A stretch of DNA of 64,000 nt from Antedon mediterranea (taxonomy: Eukaryota > Animalia > Echinodermata). This document shows, in pieces, positions 12,330 through 25,426 of the stretch (the first letter of the stretch is position 1; each line of letters begins with the position of its first letter). The notes beneath the pieces are model-generated. The model was given only the letters and a program-made list of their open reading frames with translations. It was not told the origin of the DNA and did not search any database. The position numbers and the translations under genes are program-made. Location: positions 10,151,432 through 10,215,431 of the forward strand of contig NC_092679.1 in NCBI RefSeq assembly GCF_964355755.1. The letters run 5' to 3'.

Positions 12330-13330
12330 AGAAACATAAAAAACTGTACAATAAAACACATCAAAATGAAGATTCACACGGATCAAAAGATTAAAATGGT
12401 TTTAACAAGTTACTGTAAATAAGGTGTCAAAATCATTGTGAAAAAGGGCAGACTTAACACTATCACAGATACCATGATTGACACAATCCACAGATTTATA
12501 CATTTATAAAGGATTATGGCGGTATGTACTATTAAAGACAATATTACAAAAAGAAAAGTCATTGCTTTGTATGTTTTTAATTAGGATGTTTTTTACATGT
12601 TCTAATTTAAATAGCAATTTAGAACATGTAAAAAACACCATCTATTAAAATTGATGCATCTATTAAAATAGATGCTTGTAAAAAGACCTAGATTTGGAAT
12701 CACTAATAAATATCTGGTGAAGTAATAATTCACTTGGTTATATTTAATAATGTTGGACAACTTAGGTAAATTTAAGGAGTGAAGGAGAGCAGTGTTTCTA
12801 CAGAATTTAGGTAAACCCAACGCTGCTTTAATTAATTTACTTTGTGTTTTTTCTAAGTCAAGAATATCCTTCTTGCTCAGATTTACACATTGTAGGCCAT
12901 ACGTTAGAGTTGGTATCAGGACTGTTTTCCAGACATGTAGTTTTACATCTGTAGATGAACCATATTTACACATGCCAGTTCCTTGCAATGCATAGAACTT
13001 ATTCTATTCCTGACATGAGCTTCGCCCTTAAGATTACCACCCAGTTTAACGCCTAGGTGACATAACGACATCAAGAAGATACTGTTTTCTATAGATACTA
13101 TGTGGGATCTTCAACAAATGGTGATTTTCCAAACACAGTGTAGAACGTTTTTGTTAGATTAAATCTCGGACCATGAGGAACAATGTAACTATTAGTATTA
13201 GCAACATAAATTAATTTCTAAAGACCCACAACAGATAGAAAAAATATCATCCGCATAGCAAAATGCATTATAAAAACAGTTGCTGATTGCTATACCACAA
13301 TTAAGGTTATTTAATTGAGTTTGTGTTAAC
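12330..13330 (-). mobile_element. Degraded non-LTR retrotransposon RT C-terminal fragment (RTE/RTEX-like)
   Basis: AFCYADD near 13248-13268 and ORF 12602-12988 (KLHVWKTVLIPTLTYG...LEKTQSKLIKAALGL). Confidence 0.7.
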
Positions 13331-13783
13331 GATCTAACTTAGGCCAAAGGCGATTCAGTCGGTCGCTCGAAAAGACTGCCGACAGAAGACCGTAATTAAT
13401 ACAGACCTAGTTGTTTTGGTCACATGCCATAAAACGCAAAACTCTCTTTTTTTACCGCAACCTCTTTTTTTTAAACTCAGTACAAGAGGCTGCCGTCTGG
13501 CGATTAAACAGTGCCGTAATTATGATCATGATTTTGTGCCACATGAACATGAAACGTAACTCTCTCTCTAAACTGTTCCCACACGATCGACTTTTTCACA
13601 TCTCCCCCCCCCCCCCCCCAAATTCTGGTCGTTATGTGACTTCATGTTCATTTTTGGATCCTAGGGTATAAGCCCACCCCCAAACTTGACATGATTTCAT
13701 TCAAATTTTAAATTTGTTTCAAATTACAAACTGTTTAAATCTAGTGCCCTATTTATCTACTCTATGCAACTATACTTCATATA

Positions 13784-14010
13784 CCGTATATTTCGGTGTA
13801 CAAGTCGCACTTGTGTATAATAAGACGAACCCATAATGGAGACTGAAATATCATTATTTTTTATGTTGACGATGTACTATAGGCCTATAAGACGCACTTA
13901 TTTCTAGGCCGAAATTGAAACATTTTACAATTAAAACAATGGTATTTATTAATAAAACAATGGTTTTCAAGATGATATAATTTTGTTTGATGACCTATTT
14001 ATTAGTAGTA
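13784..14010. mobile_element. Truncated pogo/Tc1-mariner MITE left end, abutted at 14014 by a Harbinger-like end
   Basis: TA-CCGTATATTTCGGTGTA matches the terminus at 14808. TAA-AGCTACGTTCACACC starts at 14014; no partner end was found. Confidence 0.55.
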
Positions 14011-14807
14011 TAAAGCTACGTTCACACCAAGCCCGGACCCGGTCCGGTGGCCGGAGAAAAAATCGTGGAAAATGGGTATAATGTTAAAGAATAGAAGCAT
14101 TCACATCAAATCCGTCCAAATTTCGTACGATTTTTCTCCGGTGGACGGATTCGGAGTGATGGATTTGGAAGCCATTTCATTTGTAAAATCGTACGGATTT
14201 TTTCTTCTGACCAATCAGCGTTGAGTACTATGACCTTTATTTTTACGTTCGTAAATATCACAGATGTACAAAACATGCGCGACGAAAGATCCTCCTGGAA
14301 AAATACTCTGCTTTTTTTTTTAATTTTGGACATTAATATATTAGCAAGTTATTTTATTAAGATAAGTATACTTCTGTTTGTTATTTTAGGCTAAACTAGG
14401 CCAATAATATAATAATTACATCTACTTTACTTCCAATTCTGTGCACACCCACCTTCAACGTCCTGTGTTCCTATGCAACACAAAACAGACGACACTGTGA
14501 CAGGCACTCCGTTTGCCTTTGCGCCTAAACGCCCAACTAGCCCAGGAGAGGAGGAGAGTATATTCGTACGCCAGCACTAGACCTAGCTGTATTCGTGATT
14601 TCTAACTAGCATTATTATTAGAGTATATTCGTTATCCAGAGGTAGGCATGTATTTTTGTGTGCAGTTATTTTTTCATGAGCACATCCATTAGACAGTGTA
14701 TACCACGATCGGAAAACACCCCTATTTGGGGCAAATCGTTGAACCTAAATTCGTTTTAATTGTCAATAACTAATTATCTAACTAAATTTAATTAGTAAAC
14801 AAGGTTA

Positions 14808-15723
14808 CCGTATATTTCGGTGTATAAGTCGCACCTGTGTATAAGACGCACCCCCTAACTGAGAGTAAAATATCGGTATTTTTTATATTGTCGATGTATA
14901 AAACGCACCTTATTTTTCATCAAAACAATGTTTTTTTAAATTGTTATCAATATTATTGTAATAATATATTTTGTTATATCTACAACGGCGTCCTTTATTT
15001 AGGTTTTTTCATACCTACTGTAGGCTCGGCCGCGCCCAGCCTCTACAAGTTCTTTCTAACTTGTTATCCATGAGTTTCGCCGCAACATCGAGTGCATGAC
15101 CGTGTGTGTAACACGTACGTGTGTGGGCTAGCCTCGCTCGATCATTTCGAGAGGGCGCACGTTTTCCCGGACAATCGTATTCGATTAGTATCTATGTATC
15201 CGAGAAGTGTATACGCTAGGCCCATGCTATAATCAACTGGAGAATATACTATTCGAATACCGTACACCATGTGGCCGCCAAGAAGGGCTTGCGCTAGGCT
15301 AGGGGTACGGCGGTCGTGCGTATAACTATAAATACACCATGTGGCCGCCAAGCTTAAGAAAGGGCTTGCGCTGGGGGTATGGCGATTGTGCGTATAACTA
15401 CTGTATAAATAATAGTATTCCAACCGTACGTAAACGTTTACAAATGAAATTTTATCGGAGCGCCTTAATGAACAAATCTTTTCATCATATTTAGTATAAC
15501 ATCATGCTAAAATGTCTTGAAAACTAGGCAGAAGCAGGTTGCTGTTACGTTAGTTAGTTACTGTAGCTAGGCCTAGCCTAGCAAACGAGGTGACGATAGC
15601 CTAGGCCTAGGCTTATGTACAATCTGTGTGGTGAGGCATTTATGTTCGGTGTATAAGACGCACCCTTAATTTAGAGGTCAAATTTGCGTGTCAAAAGTGC
15701 GACTTATACACCGAAATATACGG
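14808..15723. mobile_element. pogo/Tc1-mariner-type MITE
   Basis: TIR CCGTATATTTCGGTGTATAAGTCGCAC / GTGCGACTTATACACCGAAATATACGG with a TA TSD. Confidence 0.85.
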
Positions 15724-15937
15724 TACATCAGGTGGTTAAAATCAGTACCCAGATTCTAACCAACTTTATATACCATCGAGTAAACATTCTAAATAACACG
15801 CGATTTACCGAATTTTTCCCTTACGTAAATTTATATATAGATAATACAACTTAACACTAATTCTTATTGGTCTAATACATCATGCAACTGTTTAAAGGTG
15901 ATTATTAATAATAGTCAGTAACTTTTTTGTTGTTTAA

Positions 15938-17564
15938 AGGGGGGTTCCGGGTTTAAAATGAATAGTAAAAAATGTAAAATATATTTGTTTGTCTCTTGAA
16001 CGGTAAAAGTTTCAATTTATATAAGCGCCCAGTGAAGCAGAACGAAGGCTGTGAAATGAGGCCAGATTACAAGTGCAGCTACGGCAAAATCACACTGTGG
16101 TTACAGAATAGCAAATTCGTGAAATGGTCAATCTTCCGACGACTCGTTATCATTAACCATATCAATTACTTTTGTAAAATTATACTTATCTGATGTAATT
16201 TTAGTCGGTCTTCCCATTTATAAAGTCAATTTTCTATGAAAATCCATCAAAACAGTGAAAAATTAGATAAGTTTGCACTTTACGTTTGCCAATTTTCGCA
16301 CTGACTTAGGGAAAGCCTTCAAAATCAATGAAGCGTAACGTATACATTCCTGCTGAGCGAGGAGAGCGAGACGACGATACACGTGCTCTCTCTGCCCATG
16401 CCTGGCATCGTCACGTGATAAGCAGATACAGTATACAATACCAAACTGGTCGGGTCGAGTATACCCCGTCTATAATCACAACATGAACGATGTACAGTAT
16501 TTGATTGAAGGTCGACTCAACCTACCGGAATGGTATAGATAATATAGCTCGAATGAGAGAGTTGGAATATTTGTAAACATAAGTACAGTATTGCTAATTT
16601 TAACAAGTGTAGCCTATAGTAAAAGGCCTGGTAGTATCAATTCGCATAGGGTCTACTACACTAGCTAGCTCAATTTTAACTGGGCCGGATCGGCTAGGCT
16701 CTAGGCTAGGCCTCCTTCCTACTACCGCCCGGTCTACTTGCTTGATGCAGTATCCGCTTTTTTGGAGAGTAAACTAGGCCTACTTATTAGACGATCGGGA
16801 CACCATACGTGCGGACGGCGATCGGACCTTGTTTTGCCTCAATATTTACTGCCGATTTTTGTAGAACGTTTTAGGTTTAGATTGTTGTTTAGGAGTTTGG
16901 TTGATAGGATGGGTTTGGAATCCACTGAGTTTTGTTATTGATGGGCCAATCGTTTAGTAATAGGCTAGCTAGGCCCATGAATGATGGCCCCAATCAATGT
17001 TTTAACGTAGCCATCGTGGCATGGAATCCCTAGTCAGAAATGGCTCTCACCCCGGCATGAATAAAATGATTTAGGCTAGGCCTAGCCTAGTACGTGAAGC
17101 CGATATACGATCTGTACTATTAATTCGAGGTATAAAAATAGTATAATTTATGACTCCGTAATCTGTACTAAATTTTGTATTTCATTAAATGTCAAATAAA
17201 TATATGCTACTACTGTTATTATTACACTTTAGGCCTAGCTTAGGAAATCTACAAAAAATGTATTTAACAATGATCGGGTGGTCGTCGTTTGACAGAGGAG
17301 AGAGAACACAACGTACAAGCTTGACGTCGCGAGTTTGGAATCCACTGATGACGTGATTTTGTGAATATCTCATGAATATTAATGAGCTTCCCTAAGCTGC
17401 TGAAAAACAGATTTTCCATGAATTTACCCTAAAATGTATATGAAATTTAATTTTTTTAATTTCTTGTTATTACTTCTTCATTCTGACATGTCTATATTGT
17501 TATAATATTTTTTATTTAATAAATAAACGATATTTAAAAGCAATTTTAAACCCAGAATCCCCCT
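15938..17564 (+). mobile_element. Non-autonomous Kolobok-like DNA transposon, copy 1
   Basis: TTAA TSD, AG...CT termini and a 22-bp TIR AGGGGG(G/A)TTC(C/T)GGGTTTAAAAT. A highly similar inverted copy lies at 23798-25378. Confidence 0.82.
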
Positions 17565-17932
17565 TTAAGGTAGTAATTCATAATAAATCTGGTAAATTAA
17601 TAGGTCAGTCTGCTACTATCGGTTTGTTACCAGACCCAAGTTTGTAAATATTGATCCACCAACACCAAGGAAGCAATTAAAAATATTTTTTTTTAATCAT
17701 TAATTCCTGATACATTATTTCACGTAATGAGTATGTTACCATAAAGATTGGTAATTGCAAAAAGTATATACAGTATTGGTAAAATTGTTGTTTTTTTTTT
17801 GTCGGGCTGTTACCATTCATATTAATATCAATATTTCATTTTTGACTATAGATATTGATTTTTAGAAGATTGTCAATTGTATGTGTTTGGAATCAAGAAT
17901 AAACTTACCTCAAAGCTTTGATTTATACTGTA

Positions 17933-18437
17933 CAGTAGAACCTCCATTTTACGTACGGTACGGGACCGAAAGGCGTACGTAAAACAAGGGATTCGTAAAA
18001 TCAAGGTTGACCTTAAATTGACCCCAAATACGTAGAGATCGTAGCTAGCCGTATTTGCCTACTTCTGTACTGTGTACAGTATGCGTCACTAGCTTAGCTA
18101 GGCCTAGGCTATTCAGGCTAGGCTAGCAGGCCTAGCAAGATGTGAGGCCTAACTAGAAAAGTACAGTTATACAGGCTGTGCGATGTTTAAATAAAGTGTA
18201 AAATATAATTGTTTTCTATCAATAAAAACAGTCGCTGCTTTAGGGGGAATGCACGTGCGTAGCTTGTCCCCCACACACAGCAGAATTCCTCATACAGCCA
18301 TGATTGTGGCTTTGTGTGCTTTGTTGTTGTTAAATTGCGCCCTCAATGTAAGAAAATGATGACGTCATCGGTTATTTTAAGCGTACGTAAAATCGAGGGA
18401 ACGTAAAATCAGGGTACGTAAAACACAGGTTCTAGTG
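17933..18437. mobile_element. Tigger/pogo-like MITE
   Basis: TA-CAGTAGAACCTCCATTTTACGTAC ... GTACGTAAAACACAGGTTCTAGTG-TA imperfect TIRs. Confidence 0.75.
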
Positions 18438-19028
18438 TACTTCTTTTCTATAATATTTAAACCCTTTTAAACTGATATGAATACAAAAAAATGTCAGTAT
18501 GTTACCGTGGAATTGCCCCTTTATTAATACTGTACTACAAAATAACGTATTCATAGTCTGAAATAATTAATCTTTATTTTTTCATGTTTTTGGGAGACAA
18601 TACATCTTTAATGTTTAAACATCTCATATCTAAAACCAATAGCAAAAAAATATTGTATTCCAACTGAATTTGTTTGTATTTAGAATGGGCTACTGACTGA
18701 TATTAGAAATTCATTTCTATGCACAATTTGGATACATGATCGTTATCAAAGACAAGCGCGATAATGGTGGACAGCTAATTTTACTAGGTGAGAGTAAATT
18801 ATACTATTAATATAAATGAGAAAAAGATGCTCATAGTTGCGAGGTTTGCCATGTGTATGTTCAGATTGAGTCTGAAACAAATCGATGGAGGAACTCTTGT
18901 ATGGGAAAAAAATCACAGCAGTCATGGTTTGTAATAAAATAATGGATATACTTTAGTATACTATAAACAGATGCCTAAGCTGATGCAATATAGAAAGAAA
19001 TTAATTTATCCATTGTAAATGTTAATAG

Positions 19029-19172
19029 GATCAGAGAAACTTAATTTAAATAATGTGGTGAAAGTTGTTACTGAAGAAGATGGTACCGAGATAGATGATG
19101 AATACCTGCCACATATCAAAGAACACACAATTTTATTGCTTTTGAAGAAGAATGAAAGGTGGCAAAAACCAG
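19029..19172 (+). CDS. CIDE-N/C2H2 zinc-finger protein, coding exon 2 (CIDE-N C-terminal half)
   Basis: TAG acceptor at 19026-19028; open frame GSEKLNLNNVVKVVTEEDGTEIDDEYLPHIKEHTILLLLKKNERWQKP containing the CIDE-N EEDGT signature and the terminal W; donor G|GTTGGT. 144 nt, phase 1-1. Confidence 0.88.
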
Positions 19173-19389
19173 GTTGGTAATGGTATAGTATTTAATTTAA
19201 CAATCAATCATAGAATTTCATGACAAGACAATACTATCACAAGGGTTATCCGCATTAAGTGCAGATAGAACTGACATTATTATTTTTTTTTTTTTATAAT
19301 TTCTATACCCGTGAACTAATTGACATTGTTTTCTTTCTCTTAATTTCCCTTCCCTTTTAACAATGATTGGTTGTATTTTACATTATTTT

Positions 19390-20945
19390 ACAACATGCAC
19401 ATACGTTAAACTATATGAACGTCGACAATATTTCATCCTATAACATTAATTAAATATGTTTATAGTGCTGAATTGTAACTATTTTGTGTCATAAAGGTAT
19501 CTACAGAATACAGTGTATATGTTATATACAGTGTAGCATAGATGAAATTACGAGACCCTTCTTTTAAATCCAATTATTAACATGATGACATCATCAAATT
19601 GACATACAAAGATAACTATTTTAGAAGATTTAGCGATGAAACGCGATGAGCTTTTACGAAAAGAAAGAAAGACTTTTTGAATTCAACGGCCATATGATGA
19701 CGTCATGACATCAGATCATCTAGACAAAATTTGTATATGAATTCATATCTACAATTTAACAACTTCCATAAGTTTTAATCGCGTGGTTCACTTTTCATTC
19801 CGATGAGATATAACAGATTAAAATATTCTGTAAAGATGATATTAAGTACGGTAACTCATTTTATTCTAATATTTATATATATTAATAACAAAATAAAACT
19901 CATGTGAAAGAGAATTGATTGAGAAAGAACGTATTAAAATCTAGGAGAAAATGGGGAATGTGCTCTATTAAACTGGATTAACTAGTACAAAAGTGAAAAA
20001 AATTCTATTTCTAAAATTCGAATAGCCATATGGAGACATCAAAACAACCGGTAGGTACAAATTTTACATGAATTGATATCTACAACTCATCAGCTTCCAT
20101 AATATATTAAAAAATAATAGGGTCGGCAAACATCCTGAGGAGCTGTAACTGATTAAAGGTATTTTTTGCACACATTTGCATTAAATTACTATCTACAACA
20201 TTATCTGCTTACATAATAAGTTAGAAAAATTGGGGGTGAACAATGATCCTGAGGAGCTACAATAGATTCAAAATAGGCATAATTTTGACGATATTTTGTA
20301 ACTTTCGCAACTAAAACGCACGCATTTTTTATTTATTTTTTTTAAAATAACAATTCATGAGAATAAAACATGATTTTCATGCACCGTGGTAAAATTGTTT
20401 GCGCGAACAGGAATTTTTGACATGCGCTGAATGTCATGAATCGCACGGAAAGTTGATTAGAAATAAATTTTGCACATTGTGAAATTTTAAATGCGTGTTT
20501 TTAATCCACAGGAAGTTTGCCCTTGATTTGACTTAAATTTTCACAGTTTCATAAACAAATAATGTTTGGTTTTTAATCTATTATCAATCATTGAAATTCA
20601 TAAAGTCGTGCGTCATGTTGCGCAACTCTGACGTCTTAAAAAATAAATGCTGCACAACTTCATATAAATGTCCATGGTGTTGACAAAGTTATGAAATGTT
20701 ATGTTAACACGTTTTAGCGATACGTGAACCACAAAAAAGTGAAAGAAAGAAATAAGAAAAACATAGAAAAAGAAACAAGACGATTACAAGGAGTTATCCG
20801 CTTGTAGCTTGTAGCGGATAAGTAGTAAATATGAAAAAAAAAAAGATATTTACAAGCACAATGGTTATCCGAAACAAAGGTCGCAGATAACCAAAAAGAA
20901 ACAGGACAATTACAAGGAGTTATCTGCCGAGTGCGGATAACTAAT
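19390..20945 (-). mobile_element. Helentron/HINE-like family A copy (older, degraded)
   Basis: Colinear with 890-4986 minus its inserts; several GTTATCCGC...GCGGATAAC hairpins at 20790-20945. Confidence 0.65.
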
Positions 20946-21074
20946 AAGATAAAAAAAAAAAAAAAAAATCATCCTGACAATGACAAGGGATAACCAATTA
21001 CTGAAAAAATGACAATGCTGTGTGTATCAGTCGCTGGTTCTCAATGGAGATGCAAAATAAAATATGCAAATGCA

Positions 21075-21160
21075 AAATCAAAACGATAAAAGTAAAACAG
21101 CCAGAAAAAGTAGCAGAGCTTTCGGGCTGGACCTAAAAACCTTCAGAATTCATCAGTGCA
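21075..21160 (-). ncRNA. Penelope-type terminal-repeat fragment with a disrupted hammerhead motif
   Basis: Minus strand reads GCA-CUGAUGA-(26 nt, poorly paired)-GAAA-GC-UC-UGC. A related fragment is at 44687-44760. Confidence 0.5.
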
Positions 21161-22241
21161 ATATTTTATATATATATATTTCTTTTCAAGCTGCTGATCT
21201 AGCCAGCTAGGTCCCATGAGGAATACTCATTCAGAAGCTAAAGCAAGCAGCAGTTATAAACTCGACTATAATTTATAGATCCCAGCTGCTGGACCTAAAA
21301 ACCTTCTGGGAAAAGAGAGTCTATGAGGGCTCACTGTTGAACAATTTTGGATTCTTGTCCTTTGATTGGTTGACGCGAATCAACAGACTGGGAAGAATTT
21401 CCTCACTTGTACCACCGTGAAGTCACACTGTCTCTAGAGGGTATTCAATTGCATGCCTACAGGTTGAGGTCACACACACAGCACATTAAAGTTCAAAATT
21501 AACCATATTTAAAGGGGCATGTGATTCATAATTAAAGAACTATCTTTGATTTGTATGTATTTTTGCGATTAAAGGATATCTTTTTAATAATTAATCATAA
21601 ATATATCTGAAGAAAGAACAATGATTAATTTTAAAATGTCGAGCAGCGTTTTTTGGAAGAAATATTTCTTGTTTTACTATGATCTGAACACATGGTCTGA
21701 TGGAAACTTACCTGTGTAATAAATAGTTTATTTGTGGATTGTGACCTTGACCTTTAAATTAATTTGAAAAAATATAATATATATTTGGGTGTCTAGAAAA
21801 CTCAGATCTAGAAAACTCAGATCTGACTTTTCTAGATCTAGAAAACTCAGATATCTGACTTTTCTAGATCTAGAAAAGTCAGATATCAATATCTGAGTTT
21901 TCTAGTTCCAAAATAGAACTAGAAAACCCAGATCATCAAATATGGATCGTTCCATTATAATCAGAGGGTAGCTTGTTTGAAATACTATACTATAATTATT
22001 ATACGTTTTCTTACTAATAATAATTATTATTGCAACTTGTAGTAGCGGCCTATGTTAAATCATAAAGAAATACAGTATAAACCTTTTAAAATGTAGGCTT
22101 AACATTTAGGCCGAGCCTAGCTAAGCAAACTCAATTTTACGGCTCAATATGTGGGCGCTATAGCGATGTATCACGAAGAGTAGGCCTGGCCCGGGTACTA
22201 GGCTAGAAGTGGTCAACTCGTACCCAAAATAACTCGTACCT

Positions 22242-25200
22242 ATTTTTTTATTTTATTTATTTAATTTTGGATTTATATAGCGCTTTTCCAAGTGACCAAA
22301 GCGCTGTACAATAGAAAATACTATATACTCAACAAAACTTACAAAAAACAAAAAATAGAAAATGGAATGAAAATACAAAAATATATATAATATAAATAAA
22401 AACTATGAGGGCCTATACAAAAAGTTACCAAATTTCATTAACATTATTTAGGAAAGAGATAGGTTTTAACATTTTCTTGAAATATTGCACATTTGGGGCT
22501 TCACGAATATAAGATGGTAAGTTATTCCACAATCTAGGACCGATGACAGAAAAACACTTATCGCCAAACGACCTCTTGGTCTTGGGGATGGTAAGACGGG
22601 TATGGCCTTGGGTAGATCGAAGTCCATGCCGACCAGAATGGTGTTTGTTTATAAGGTCCTGTAAATAACCAGGTGCTGAGCCATACAGACAGTTGTACAC
22701 ATGCACTAAGATCTTGAATTCAATCCTCTGCTGGACAGGCAACCAATGCATCTCCCCAATGAGAGGAGACGCAGTGGTGCGCTTGCTAGCTTGAAAAATA
22801 AGACGTGCAGCGCTATTTTGCAGTGTTTGCAAACGTCGGACGTCTGAAACAGCCAATCCACCGAGCAAAGAGTTGCCATAGTCCAGTCGGGAAAGAATTA
22901 AAGATCTTACTGCATGTGTACAAGTAGAGCGGTCTATGAAACACCGAATCCTACTCAAATTACGAAGATGGAAGTTTACCCTACTACGCAATGTACTAAC
23001 ATGATTTTTCATAGAGAGTTGGTTATCAAGCATGATACCAAGATTTTTAATCTTACTGGATGGGGTAATAATAGATTCACCGATTTTCAAATCAAGTTGG
23101 GGTATAGCCTTAACATGCCTATTAGATGAAATCACGAAAAACTCAGTTTTTGAATCATTTAGCTTCAGTTTGTTGAGCATCATCCACGGACGTATTTCAG
23201 TAATGCATTCGGTAAGTTTAAACTTAGCAGCGGAGATATCCTCCTCCGACTTTGAATCAAAGCTAACGTAAAGCTGTATGTCATCAGCATATATGTGATA
23301 CGCTACATCAAATCGCCTAATGATATCTGCAATAGGTTGCGCATACATAGTAAAGATAGATGGACCTACGATGGACCCTTGAGGTACACCATATCTCAAA
23401 CCATGATTCTGCGAGTATTCACCTAGAACACAGACTCTATTTACACGTTCATGATAGTAACTAGCAAACCAGTTTAATGCAGTACCGGAGATACCAAATT
23501 CACTCTGCATTCGATTTACAAGGATGTCATGGTCTATGGTGTCGAATGCAGAGGAGAGATCTAGTAGGACCAACATAATTGATTTACCTTTGTCAAGTTC
23601 ATTTAACATATCATTCTTAACCCGCAAAAGGGCAGTTTCCTTACTATGAGATGATTTATGCAAACTGGTACGGTACTGGTAAGATCGTTGTTCTGGAGAT
23701 GCTCTTTAAAACTAGAGACTGCGGAATATTCAATTATTTTACCTAACGTTGGGAGGTTGGAGACAGGCCGGTAATTTTTAAACACATCAGGATTTAAAGG
23801 GGGATTCTGGGTTTAAAATTGCTTTTAAATATCGTTTATTTATTAAATAAAAAATATTATAACAATATAGACATGTCAGAATGAAGAAGTAATAACGAGA
23901 AATTAAACAAATTAAATTTAATATACATTTTATGGAAAGTCTGTTTTTCAGCAGCTTAGGGAAGCTCATTAATATTCATGAGATATTCACAAAGTCACGT
24001 CATCAGTGGATTCCAAACTCGTGTACGTTGTGTTTGTCAACTAATTTACATCTCTCTCCCCCCCCCCCCCTGTCAAACGACGACCACCCGATCATTGTGA
24101 AATACATGTTTTGTAGATTTTCTAAGCTAGGCCTAAAGTGTAATAATAACAGTAGTAGCATATATTTATTTGACATTTAATGAAATACAAAATTTAGTAC
24201 AGATTACAGAGTCATAAATTATATACTATTTTTATACCTCAGTACAGATCGGCTTCACGTACTTAGGCTAGGCCTAGCCTAAATCATTTTTTTTTCATTG
24301 GTGAGAGCCATTCTGACTAGGGATTCCATGCCACGATGGCTACGTTAAAACATTGGGGCCCATCATGGGCCTAGCTAGCCTACTACTAAACGATTGGCCC
24401 ATAAATAACAAAACTCAGTGGATTCCAAACCCATCCTATCAACCAAACTCCTAAACAATCTAAACCTAAAACATATCGGCTGTAAATATTGAGGCAAAAC
24501 AAGGTCCGATCGCCGTCCGCACGTATGGTGTCCCGATCGTCTAAGTAGGCCTAAAATAAGCCTAGTTTACTCTCCAAAAAAGCGGATACTGCATCAAGCA
24601 AGTAGACCAGGTAGTAGGAAGGAGACCTAGCCGATCCGGCCCAGTTAAAAATTGAGCTAGCTAGTGTAGTAGACCCTATGCCAATTGATACTACCAGGCC
24701 TTTTACTATAGGCTACACTTAAAATTAGCAATACTTATGTTTACAAATATTCCAACTCTCTCATTCGAGCTATATTATCTATACCATTCCGGTAGGTCGA
24801 GTCGACCTTCAATCAAATACTGTACATCGTTCTTGTTGTGATTATAGACGGGGTATACTCGACCCGACCAGTTTGGTATTGTATACTGTATCTGCTTATC
24901 ACGTGACGATGCCAGGCATGGGGCAAGAGAGCACGTGTATCGTCGTCTCGCTCTCCTCGCTCAGCAGGAATGTATACGTTACGCTTCATTGATTTTGAAG
25001 GCTTTCCCTAAGTCAGTGCAAAAATCAGCAAACGTAAAGTGTAAACATATCTAATTTTTCACTGTTTTGATGAATTTTCATAGAAAATTGACTTTATAAA
25101 TGGGAAGACCGACTAAAATTACATCAGATAAGTATAATTTTACAAAAGTAATTGATATGGTTAATGATAACGAGTCGTCGGAAGATTGACCATTTCACGA

Positions 25201-25426
25201 ATTTCCTATTCTGTAACACAGTGTCATATCGCCGTAGCTGCACTTGTAATCTGGCCTCATTTCACAGCCTTCGTTCTGCTTCACTGGGCGCTTATATAAA
25301 TTGAAACTTTTACCGTTCAAGAGACAAACAAATATATTTTACATTTTTTACTATTCATTTTAAACCCGGAACCCCCCTTTAAGGTTGGTTTCTTAATCAA
25401 AGGGGTAATAATCGCTTGACGAAGGA
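22242..25426 (-). mobile_element. L2/Crack-group LINE, 3' part (RT domain), interrupted by Kolobok copy 2
   Basis: ORF 22425-23663 with LLDLSSAFD, GVPQGS and YADD; 3' stem-loop AGCGCTTT...AAAGCGCTATATAAAT and an A-rich tail. Removing 23798-25378 plus one TTAA restores ITPLIKKPTL-NPDVFKNYRPVSNL. Confidence 0.9.
23798..25378 (-). mobile_element. Non-autonomous Kolobok-like DNA transposon, copy 2 (inverted relative to copy 1)
   Basis: TTAA TSD at 23794-23797 and 25379-25382; reverse complement of 15938-17564 with small indels. Confidence 0.85.

Noticed and set aside
8086-18518. Orphan GGAATTGCCC right termini near 8143 and 18518 as ends of one large element
   Set aside because: Both point the same way and no matching left TIR or TSD was found; they are separate remnants of a GGGCAATT-type family.
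22425-23663. RT ORFs (also 57580-58911 and 52362-53249) as domesticated genes or retron/DGR-type systems
   Set aside because: They are truncated or frameshifted LINE ORF2 pieces in nested TE contexts; two retain typical L2-type 3' tails.
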